A DNA stretch of 63,457 nucleotides, counting the filler, from Basidiobolus ranarum (taxonomy: Eukaryota): the NCBI GenBank assembly GCA_040143965.1. It is 2 parts of 2 records of this genome, joined end to end, with 100 filler letters (N's around TTAATTAATTAA, not from the genome) between each part and the next. Parts side by side here need not be neighbours in the genome. Positions count along the whole stretch, not along the records: positions 1 to 31,793 come from JASJQH010006963.1; positions 31,894 to 63,457 come from JASJQH010006964.1. One strand, written 5' to 3'. A program made the position numbers and the translations under genes. The notes under the pieces were generated by a model, which saw only the letters and a list, made by a program, of their open reading frames with translations, was not told the DNA's origin and ran no database searches. Shown one piece after another: positions 26,443-36,557 of this stretch (the first letter of the stretch is position 1; each line of letters opens with the position of its first letter).

Positions 26443-28590
26443 CTAAATAGAAGGGTTACCAGCTTTTAGACTTTCATTCCAAAACTCTACTTCAAGTCGA
26501 GCGCAACTGCGAAAGATTTGGGTCAATTCTCGAAGCTTTGTCTCTGAAGGTGGGTAAGTTACGGAGAATTTCTCCAAGGAATCTAAAGTATTATTATTAG
26601 AAGGGTAGTTTAGTCGTTGGGGTGCTGATTACAACCAACCTTTGACTTCTTTCACACTTTCCACCATTTCCGAGTGAGAAAGCGCTTCAATCCATGCCCA
26701 GTAGGGATTTCCCTCTAACAGTAAAATGATTAATCATATAGTGTGATTGAAAAATGGGTTACCTTCATCGATAATTACCTCTCTTTGTATTGGGGTTATT
26801 TACCAAAGCCAATCCCATTTCCAAATAGCCAATCATACAAGGAATCAAAGCTACTTTGAAGCCGAATGCATCGCTGGAATGTCCTTGATCTAGAATATAA
26901 CGTGAATACGCTACTGTTGCGTTATCTTCAGTGGTTCTTTCCAGTTCATCTACACTGACACCCCATTGTAAGCATAGCTGAGTAGGGTAATAAGAAATTG
27001 GTCAATACCAGATTGATTTCAATATGTTGGAAGAAAGTAAAGTCCGAACCTTCAAATAACGCTCAATTTCTTTTCCTACTTCGATAACCGTCTTAGCTGC
27101 AGATGCGATTTCTGATATGGTCTGACTTTTGTAGCTTGCTAATGCGCACGCACGAGCATACTGATGCAAGTACAAGTAATTCTGCTTAAGAAAGTGCACA
27201 AACGCTCTCTTGGGTAGGGTGCCATTACCAAGTTGTTCAACAAACGGATGCTTCACATAACTTTCCCAAATATCCGAAGATTGCTCAATAAGATACGATA
27301 TTAAGGGGTATGGATAAGCCGATGTGGGACTTAATATTGAAATAAGTAAAGTCAGAATTGTTGAAAAATTGGATGTGCTTTGCTTCAATATGTGATAGTA
27401 GGCTGCTTAATTTACTTACGGCGAAATAGGAAGTCTAACCAAAGAGTGGTAGTGATTGAGAGATCCATGCCCTTCTCCGACTGAAAAGCCATATTTAATG
27501 GCATTAGCCACATATCTGATTCCCTTAATTATAGCTTCGTTAGCTGTTCCCATAAATATGTATTGTTTAGCGCAATATCTCAGGTCGAAGATGCTCATAG
27601 TACAAATTTCTACTTACTATCAACGCCGTTAGCCAATTCAGCAGCAATGGCTGCGCTTAAGGTGCAACCAGTTCCGTGAGTATTATTGCTTTTGATGTAT
27701 GGCTTTCTCATTTCAAAATAAGAATCGTTCAATGCATCATAGACGACATCTATAACAAACATCTCTCCTTTGAACAGGGTTGGGTCTACCTTGTTAAGTT
27801 CCTGGTCGAAAATCAAATGGCCACCTTTGAGAATAACATACTTCGGACCAAAGGAAGCGATTTCCTTGGCAGCATGTTTCATAGCATCTAAAGTTTCTAT
27901 TGTTTGAGTTATACGATTGTTTTCATTATCAGATAGTAGAACCTCTGCTTCGGGAACGTTGGGAGTGACAATATACGTAATGGGGAGAACAACATGTTTT
28001 AGGGTCTGTATGGAACTTGCTTTTAGAAGTACAGTCCCCGAAGTAGATACCATAACTGGATCTACCACGAGTTTTGGCTTGGTAGTTTTGTAATGTTCTT
28101 TCAACACCTGTACAATGACTTCCATTGTTTCCGCATCGCCAAGCATGCCTTTGAGGTAAAATTCGAAACGTTAGTTCATTTAACAAAGTTCAGCGATAAA
28201 TCTAGATAAATACCGGTTTTGATGGCATCAGCTCCAATGTCACTTAAAACTGTCGTCAACTGGTTTCTCACAAATTCTGGCTTCATTAATTCCACTCCAT
28301 TTACTCCTTTGGAATTCTGGGAGGTAACTGCAGTAAGAACTGAGGTACCATATACTTGTAAAGAAGTAAAGGTCTTAATATCAGCTTGAATTCCTGCACC
28401 TCTAGAACGAGCAGGTTATTTGGGAATTATTGTACTGGCGAGAACATTGTAATTTGTAAGTTTGTAAAAAACACTTACCCTCCGCTATCACTACCAGCGA
28501 TAGTCAAAGCCTTTGGCAGTCTCTTTTCTGTAGCTAAGTTAATCATCAATAAGGACGATATTTCGACGGTGAACCTCGAATGATGTTCAT
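26443..28590 (-). CDS. THI20: Bifunctional HMP/HMP-P kinase (ThiD) plus thiaminase II (TenA), Thi20-like; multi-exon
   Basis: [73 protein letters not shown]. C-terminal TenA: HPFVEQLGNGTL, AYSRYILD, ALIPCMIGY, NPYWAWIE, LEVEFW. Confidence 0.95.
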
Positions 28591-29022
28591 ATTGAGGCAA
28601 TTATTTGCTTTCGAAAAGTTGTGGATATAAATATAGATAGCAGATGAACACGTGTTTGATAAATAAAATCAATCCAAATCTAGTCAACGAACATTATCAA
28701 ATCTTAACGGCTTTACAGTCGCTTCATCCATGGTTATTTTTGGGGGAGGGGATGATTTGAGAGCATGTGAAATATCTTGAATTTCAATTACAAATCGATA
28801 TTTTTTATCATGGGGATCAGGTTGGTCCGATTGCCAAAATATCCATCACTTGATTGTACTACTTAATATAATCAATCTATAATCTAAATCCTCACCAAAA
28901 TCGATTAGCACCATTTGGGAATGGCGAATTCTCATTTCACTACAGTACTTTCGTGGTCACGAGTGAACTAGTTCTTATAACTGTGAAAGACCTGACTAGA
29001 ACAGTTAACCTCAGCTTACCAA

Positions 29023-30421
29023 ATGGGTATGTATGGACTTTATCTTTTACTGCGATACTTGATATAGTATTTATTAAATTGAACTTATTTTTAGCCGAAA
29101 GTGTTCACGATTTTGTTGCCGGTTTGTACCAGTTTATCATATAATCTGAGTTGTCTATCTAACCAGGTACACTTTATGTAGGATATATTAGTGGAGTTGC
29201 GGGCATCGTAGTTGGGAGTCCGCTCGATGTTTTGAAGGTATCTTATCGTCAGCAGTTGTACCTTTCATTAATGTTAGAGGTATTCATTGGCTCTTATTCT
29301 AAAAGGTGAGACTCCAAACAACATCAGAATCAGGAGCAACGTCTGGAATCTACAGACAGCTTCAACATATGGTCAAAGCTGAAGGGGTATGTGACTCATT
29401 TTCTGACCAGTCTTTATGTAAAGTGGTTTCTTACAAGCATTAAGCTAGGTGCATGGTTCAAAGGAATCGCTTCCCCCATTGTTGGTCTGGCAGGGTTGAA
29501 TTCGGTTCTATTTGTCTCCTACGGATCCACTCTACGAGCCTTGGAAAGACGAAGCTCATATAATGTTGACCAAAATACCAATCAATTAGCCCCTCTGAGT
29601 CATGTTTATACGGCAGGATTTGTTGCCGGAACTGCATGCTTCATTGTTAGGTATGAATATCTTGACGAATCACATTTTTTTGTTTGTAAGCTCAATTGAT
29701 TTCGTTTCAGTTGCCCAACGGAGCTCATAAAATGTAGAGCTCAAGTGTTAATTGCTCAGAAAACTCTGGATGTAGGAAAAGGGCAGCTTAAACCGCAACT
29801 CACTCAGAAGCCAAGTTCTTGGAATATGGCTAGAGCAATTGTCAGAGAGTCTGGATTTCAAGGTAAGTTAGGATAACATCACTCAGATAGAATGGTGTTG
29901 GAACTGACTGACTGTGACTAGGACTCTACCGTGGTGGAGTAGTTACTGCGATTCGAGATGCCCCTGGATACGGCGTTTATTTTTGGTATATTTTAGTCAC
30001 TTTGATACTAGAAAATGTTACATCCTCTAAATGATTATTCAGGGTATACGAAGTTTTCAAACGACAATTGAATGCTAACTCCGGAGATGCTACCGGTTGG
30101 AACGCCGTTAAGCTTATTTTGGCTGGTGGCTTTGCGGGTACATGTTCTTGGGTTAGCATATATCCTTTAGGTAAGTTAGAGTAATCACTCGTCATTAGTT
30201 ACATCATTTACCAATTTTCCACCCAAGATGTTATCAAATCCAGGATTCAAACCCAAGCATTGTTATCTGTTGGCCAAAGGGGGGCATTAATGTGTGCTAA
30301 ACAAATGTATCAAAAAGAAGGGTTGTCCAGTTTTACCAGAGGTCTTTGGCCCACTATAGTACGCGCCTTTCCAGTTAACGCGGTGACCTTTTTAACATAT
30401 GAAGCAATCATGGATGGTTAG
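29023..30421 (+). CDS. Mitochondrial carrier (SLC25A29/45 / Ymc1 / CACT-like); multi-exon
   Basis: Three carrier repeats after splicing: GSPLDVLKVRLQ, CPTELIKCRAQ, YPLDVIKSRIQ; also RDAPGYGVYF and RAFPVNAVTF. Confidence 0.93.
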
Positions 30422-30743
30422 AAAGTACTGACAGTTCACTGTTGACAGATCTACCAACTCAAGGTACTGAAATTGTAAAAAAGATTCTCTCCTAATTTCC
30501 ACCATTAGATATTTTTTGTTCATTCATATCCCACTTGTCATTTGCATTGGAATGGGAATTTCCATCATCTATGAAATTATTATACACCTCATATTGGTCA
30601 TAAATTATTGGGATTTTTTAACCGCAAAAACAGCCAAGAAATTTATGTGACTACATGTTAAACACAATTTGATAATATTATAATGGTATATTTTGATTCC
30701 TACTTATCCAATATTGGTTGGTAATATTTTTCAGTCACCTGTC

Positions 30744-30940
30744 TGTTGAAATTAGCATTGCCTAAACACCTATATAGTCATATATAACTTAGTATTTAGT
30801 TATCCTATATTGAACTAAGATATTGCCCATTATTCTCAGGAGGAATTTACCTAGAAGTTCTTGGATATATGGATTTCCAAGCTTGTTTTAGAAGCCCCAA
30901 ACTTTGTGCACATAATCCTGGGACCCTTAAATATTTCTAA
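30744..30940 (+). repeat. Partial copia LTR (5' about 200 bp)
   Basis: Begins TGTTGAAATTAGCATTGCC and is the reverse complement of the 3' part of 31404-31730. End approximate. Confidence 0.85.
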
Positions 30941-31139
30941 TTAGAACATAGAAGCCATAGATATGTTACTTTCCGCTCCTAATATATGTTAAAGTATCTG
31001 GGAGCCTATTGGAATTTGGGTATCTATTTCCAGTATATCATTTTCAAAGTTGATTCTAGTACTTGTTAGCTCAACATTCCTTTCCAAATTTGCTAATATT
31101 GAATATGAACTGATGAGAAATTGATTTTTAGCAAAAAGC

Positions 31140-31375
31140 AAATTTCATTGATTAGAAGATTTCAGATTTTCTTCAACCAATGCAATGTCACTGGACTTGA
31201 TGATTTGATATATGCCAGCAATTAGGGGATGATAACATTTCTACTCATATTCTAATATGATACATTTAATTGCATTTTTGTGCAATTTTCTATGTCATAG
31301 TTGATCTAAATATTTGAGATTGTTCAGATTAGGCTTCTTTCCAGTCCAAATTTTAATAGTAGTTTTAATGTCAGG
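31140..31375 (-). pseudogene. Degenerate Ty1/copia integrase C-terminal / SH3-like fragment
   Basis: Translates to KIWTGKKPNLNNLK, then RKLHKNAIKCIILEYE*KCY...IIKSSDIALVEE, matching the copia consensus ELWTGKKPNLSHLR...KLDPRAVKCIFLGY...IISRDVVFDE. Contains stops and frameshifts. Confidence 0.8.
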
Positions 31376-31403
31376 GTTGCTACTGTTTAAGTATTTCGGA
31401 GCC

Positions 31404-31730
31404 TGTTGGAAGTGGCTTGGAGAATTAGAGGAATTGGTGGTATTCACTTGTTGATTTATTGAGTAGAAAGTTGACCTTTGTAGTTTTGTCAAGATATAAG
31501 CAAACTAGTGTGTAGAATATGTTAAGGAAAGTCCCAGTAACATATGCACAAAGTTTGGGGCTTCTAGTACAAGTTTGAAAAATCCATATATCTGAGAACT
31601 TCTAAGTTGGTAAAATTTTCTAAGTAAGTTCCAATTGAGAATAATAGATAATATCTTTGTGAATTATAAGATAACTAAGTAATAAGCTATATATGACTAT
31701 ATAGGTGCTTAGGCAATGCTAATTTCAACA
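31404..31730 (-). mobile_element. Complete 327-bp Ty1/copia LTR
   Basis: TGTTG...CAACA termini. Preceded on the minus strand by PPT TGAGGGAGAG (31731-31740) and by the copia pol/RNase H end KFEKFRPLLGL (31760-31793), which is truncated by the assembly gap. Confidence 0.9.
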
Positions 31731-31793
31731 CTCTCCCTCAACTAAATAGTCATATAAACTAATCCTAATAAAGGTCTAAATTTCTCAAATTTC

Positions 31794-31893
31794 NNNNNNN
31801 NNNNNNNNNNNNNNNNNNNNNNNNNNNNNNNNNNNNNTTAATTAATTAANNNNNNNNNNNNNNNNNNNNNNNNNNNNNNNNNNNNNNNNNNNN
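31794..31893. other. Scaffold gap with artificial linker (N44-TTAATTAATTAA-N44)
   Basis: Exactly 100 nt with a symmetric, six-frame-stop 12-mer in the middle. Confidence 0.97.
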
Positions 31894-32186
31894 TGGTAAC
31901 TGTTTGCTATATAAAACCCAATTCAAAAGCAGTTTGCTTCTACTAATATTTATTACCCATAAGTACACAATAATGGGGTTCTTCAAAGAAAAGCGTAAAA
32001 ATTAAATATACACAAAAGTAGTTGGTGATGGAGAATTAATGTAAAATAGACATAGAAGATGATAAACAGAGGGAGCAATGCGGTCTTGGGTAAGCAAATA
32101 AATACAAGGGTATACTGTTGATGGTAGGATTCAACCTAAATATGAGAGCTCTAAGCAACTTATTCTCCTGGCTGTAAAGACTAGAT

Positions 32187-33245
32187 TTAGAACCCTAAAT
32201 TTAATTTACAGCTGTGAATTTTTGCGTGACGGCGTAGATTGCTCACAACTGAGAAATGGCGTCCACATCCCTCATGTGGACATTTGAATGGCTTCTCTCC
32301 GGTATGAGAGTACATGTGAGTATTTAGAGAACTTGGACGACTAAAGCCCTTCTGACAAATGGTACAGTGGTACTTTTTGGTCGATGAAGACATTGTTTTA
32401 GAGCTGAATGTAGACATCATTGCGTTCAGAGGGCTTGCCCTCTTTTTTCGAGAAGATGTCTCCTTTAGCTTTGAGTAACCAGCCCTATATGGAATATTCG
32501 AAGAATCCTTTACAGGGCTTTGGTACATCTGCTCCAACGGGTATTTGTAAGAATCAAAGCAAGCTTCATGGTTGAAATTTAGCATATTTTCACTTTTTCC
32601 AAAGTAATGCAAAGGATATTCCATCAGTTGATTCCCGCAACTAGCATCCGAAAGATTGGATTTCTCTCCGCAATAAAAGTTTGTTCCGTATAAGGAGGAA
32701 AACTCAGGTTGCATAACAGATGACAGAACGAACTCGTCTTGCGAATTCGCTTGTGGCATTGACTCTGATAGATGGGCGCACTGCACTGGAGAATCTACCA
32801 ATTGAGGGGACTTTAGGATATATTGTTGAGGCTCAGGAGAGTCTATATTGGAGAAGGGTGAGCCAAAAGAGTCGCAGCTATCTGGAAGTGACTCTTTTTT
32901 ACTATAGAACCCTTCATGATCATCTTTGATTGGCATTTGATAACAATCAGCAGAATAGTAGATCAGGTCTTGATCGAGCTGAAGGGAAGGGGACGTGAAC
33001 ATCATGAATTCTTCGTCCTCCAGCTTAACATTTAGTTCTCCGTACAAAGAGCTGCAAACGCTGTTTGGCGAAGAGGAAGCTTCGTATGGCGTAAGAGGCC
33101 AAAGAGATAGCATAGGCTCATTCACGTCCAGCGGTTCGTTCACATCGAATTCAATGGAGAGTTTTGGCTTCTCTTGGCCATAGTTTGTGGCCAGATATAG
33201 TGGTTTTGTGAAGTTGTAAGGGGATTCAAGAGTAGAGTAGGTCAT
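32187..33245 (-). CDS. C2H2 zinc-finger transcription factor (two C-terminal fingers); intronless
   Basis: CTICQKGFSRPSSLNTHMYSHTGEKPFKCPHEGCGRHFSVVSNLRRHAKIH; acidic, Ser-rich N-terminus. Confidence 0.93.
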   Translation of the reverse strand: MTYSTLESPYNFTKPLYLATNYGQEKPKLSIEFDVNEPLDVNEPMLSLWPLTPYEASSSPNSVCSSLYGELNVKLEDEEFMMFTSPSLQLDQDLIYYSADCYQMPIKDDHEGFYSKKESLPDSCDSFGSPFSNIDSPEPQQYILKSPQLVDSPVQCAHLSESMPQANSQDEFVLSSVMQPEFSSLYGTNFYCGEKSNLSDASCGNQLMEYPLHYFGKSENMLNFNHEACFDSYKYPLEQMYQSPVKDSSNIPYRAGYSKLKETSSRKKRASPLNAMMSTFSSKTMSSSTKKYHCTICQKGFSRPSSLNTHMYSHTGEKPFKCPHEGCGRHFSVVSNLRRHAKIHSCKLNLGF

Positions 33246-34250
33246 CTTTACTTCAAAGACGCGTCAAGATTTACTCGAAACGAATATTCAGGGAAAGGGA
33301 AGGATCAAGGGAAATCAAGCAAAGTATCTAAATATTGCCGCTGTTAGAATGGATTTATCCAGCCATATATATATCTTTAGGAGATCCCTCGATTTTGAAT
33401 CAATAATCAGGAAACGGTCTGAATGTAAAGCTTTGGGATTAACGCTCCAGATTCTTTGGGGAACCTTAACGAGCCATCGAATCATCAATGGTATCCTTGC
33501 GTAACGCAACGGTTTTGAAGATCCTCTTGCCAAGATGCGCTCAATTGCCATCATTTTCAAAAGTAGGGGTGGTCCTCAGCTCAGTAGGGGGTAGAGGAGA
33601 GTGGATTGAGAGGTGGAGTGAGGTGGAGCAAAGCGATAGTAAGTGGGGAGGACTACTACAAGACTCCATTCATCATACCCCACTAAAATAAGAGAACCTG
33701 GATACTACCACCCAAGTGGCCAATCAGCTTTAACACTGTATAATACATATAACAAATAGCGAGCAAGTCTAACCGGGATCAGTATCCAGATAGCTCTCAG
33801 GTGCCCAATGTGTAAATCAATCAAGTGCATTCAAAATGGACACTTCTGCCATTTGCCATTGCCATTTCCCATATCCACCATCTATACCGGTCTTTGTTCA
33901 ATGGTGACATTCGAGTTTGGAGAGTGACACGACATTATCCAATTCTCAGCCATTGAACTGGTCGCCCTGTTTGAGAAGTTTATTTATGCGATGGCAGTTG
34001 GATCATCACAACTCGCCTCGCATAAATGCACAAACATCTGCTACTCACAGCATCGCTTCATGTTTATCTGTTTATCAATTGAGAGCAAGAACTGTGAGAG
34101 TAATCAAGAGTAATGGCTGAGAGAGCGTAAGATCCAGAGCCTCGGGAACCTCTGCTACAATCACCCCGGAATCAACTTGGTCGCCCCTTTCTACGGTTGC
34201 TTATCAATCTATGCTAGTAGCATATGTTCATCAAATTTACGCCATCCAAG

Positions 34251-34323
34251 CACTGCTGTTTGTGCATCTCTGGTTGGACATCTCTTGTTGTCCATCGTTG
34301 GTTGGGCATCACTGGTTGTGCAT
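34251..34323 (+). repeat. Degenerate 14-bp tandem repeat, about 5 units
   Basis: CACTGCTGTTTGTG / CATCTCTGGTTGGA / CATCTCTTGTTGTC / CATCGTTGGTTGGG / CATCACTGGTTGTG / CAT. Confidence 0.75.
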
Positions 34324-36557
34324 AGGGAATAATCTAGATCGTATGTGAAATTCCATCAAAGGTGCATCATCACCGGTACCGGTGCCAAAACTCATGCAAC
34401 AATGATCCATTTATCGGCAGGAGATTTATGCTACTTGAGATCTATGTTATTGGGCAGAAGGATCATCCATCATTATGTGGCGAAAATACCAGTTTTTGAT
34501 TGACGCTTACTCTTCAACAATGCCATAATAATTGACAGAATTTAAAACGTGCATCTTTCTAGCGCTGTTGATCCAATCTTGTCGCAATGGATATACTCAA
34601 CCACGGCTAAAATCACTGATGCTGGGTGCACAATCGAGTAGTCAAAGGATACCAAGTCGCCATATCCACCTCTATTGGTGCACACTTAGTTTAAACATTG
34701 TTAGTACGGAATTCTTGGCATAGAATGTCGAAATGGGCTTAATCAGGTCTTGACTCTAGATCAGAGGCAGTGGTAAAGACGAGTCCAGCATAGGATTACA
34801 TCACCAATCGACCATTTGGTGACCTTATATTGAAGTTAATAAATCCTGTCAAGAACCTGACTAACAATGATAGCCGTGTACAGAGGTTCTTGATGCCCTT
34901 GCTCATGTCGACCTACTCTTTTTTACTTGCTCATCTGGTTAACGAAATCACATCATTTGTCCAAAATCCCACTCAAAAACCAGCTACCGGGTACAAAGAT
35001 CACGCTTCTTTCGGCAACATTCCACTGGTCAACTGTCCTTTATCGCAACCAGTATTCACCATACGCAGTCCTACATGTATGGCACTTATTACTACCAATA
35101 TATATTCGATTGTTACTTACTATGTATTGCGTTCCTTTATTACTCATTTCAGATCATTTCCTAACTTTGATTTAATAACAAATAAGCTTATAGTGTATAT
35201 ATATTTGGACTTGGTAACAAATAATGTGTATATAATAAGCCACCATGCATTGGTAACTGCCCATATCCGCCATATCAATTGTGTAACCTAGCATCCAGTT
35301 CAGCCAGGTGAGTTTTCTCTGGCAACAGATGAAGCACTTCGGAGATGATAGTAGAGGGGGAAGCTAAAGAAACCCTCCAAGCGACAATTTATTATTTGCT
35401 ACCCATCAATCAACATGTAACGCAGAGGAATGGACAATGAAATACAACCTCATATGGTCACAAACTAGCCGGCCTACCCCAATAGTGTGATGTATAGAAG
35501 TAATTTACACTCAATCCCGACTGATCCCTTTTGGTATTGTCTCAAATACCTGGTTCTGTCCCCACCAGAGATGCCAGGACTGCACAGGATTTAAATGACA
35601 TTGCTGTTTGACTGGAATGCCAAGTGAAAGGCATACAGTTAAAACGGTGTTTATGCCTGGCAAGTCGAAACAAACGACACATAAAGCCATTCTGAATGGT
35701 AATGGGAGGAGGGTAGTCGTTAATAAATCTACGGTGACCTTTTAAAAAAGGCGTGAGTATGATTAATGCTTATTCGAAGTAGCACTGCCAGTAGCACCAC
35801 CCACTCCTGTACATACTGGAAAATATCAAACATGGTGGTCTGACTCTGTCGATTATGAATTTCTATAAACCTGTGGTACAATCAAGCCAATTAGAGTGAG
35901 AGGGATAGCAAATAGGAACGGTAAGAGCAAATAAGAATCGTAAGGGCCGCTATGGGTGGTACAGAATTGAAGATCAAACGATCAATTACTATTACTGTCT
36001 CGAGTTAATAATTTCACTGGGATTTATTAACTTCATATTCCCACCGCGGAATCCCAATTATTGACACTGGTCTATTGACACATTACCCCTACAAGTGATT
36101 ATCTTGCCCACAAGATTATCGGTTAGGATTGAGAGTAATCAACCATGAAAATTCCGAACACGAGCCAAACGCGAGCCAAATACGAATGCGTTCAGGCTCA
36201 AAACACTCCCAAGCTACGCTGATGATGTTGATTTGGGGATGATTTGACTGTTGGTACTTGTTGAGGAATGAGAGTTTATTATAGGTCATGCAGTGCTCCT
36301 TGCACTGCATATTTATACCAAGAGCCAATAGATTTGTAATAGATAAATATGAATGTACAATGGAAAAATTAAACTCAATAAATATGACAGCCTTCGATCG
36401 ACCCATGAGACAACGGTCACTAGCGATTGGAAGTTAATATCGTGTGAGAGGGTGGGCTGAACATTAAGGAATATTTACCATAGTATAGGTTCTTAAGCCC
36501 TTCCTTGGGGTTCTTTCTAATGGCGATGTAGATTTAGAAGTAGAGTGTGGGACAGCA

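Noticed and set aside
27002-27388. Stand-alone secreted TenA with a signal peptide, as the ORF track suggests
   Set aside because: The hydrophobic leader is translated intron (GTAAGT at ~27418 to AG at ~27331); TenA is spliced in frame to ThiD.
26443-28700. TPP riboswitch in THI20 introns or UTR (CTGAGA at ~27580, minus strand)
   Set aside because: The intron is too short, and I could not find the downstream ATACC / GAACCTGAT / TAAT..C.GCG core. An Infernal RF00059 scan would settle it.
29238-29305. U12-type (minor) intron in the mitochondrial carrier (donor GTATCTTA)
   Set aside because: The donor deviates from RTATCCTT and no TTCCTTAAC-like branch point is visible.
31838-31849. Palindromic TTAATTAATTAA island between N runs
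   Set aside because: Artificial six-frame-stop scaffolding linker. It also means adjacency across 31794-31893 is scaffold-inferred.
34251-34323. CRISPR-like array
   Set aside because: Eukaryotic context, 14-bp period, no unique spacers of CRISPR length and no cas genes.
34830-35291. 153-aa ORF and other short ORF-track entries in intergenic or antisense positions
   Set aside because: Mostly non-ATG starts, no family motifs, or antisense shadows of real exons.
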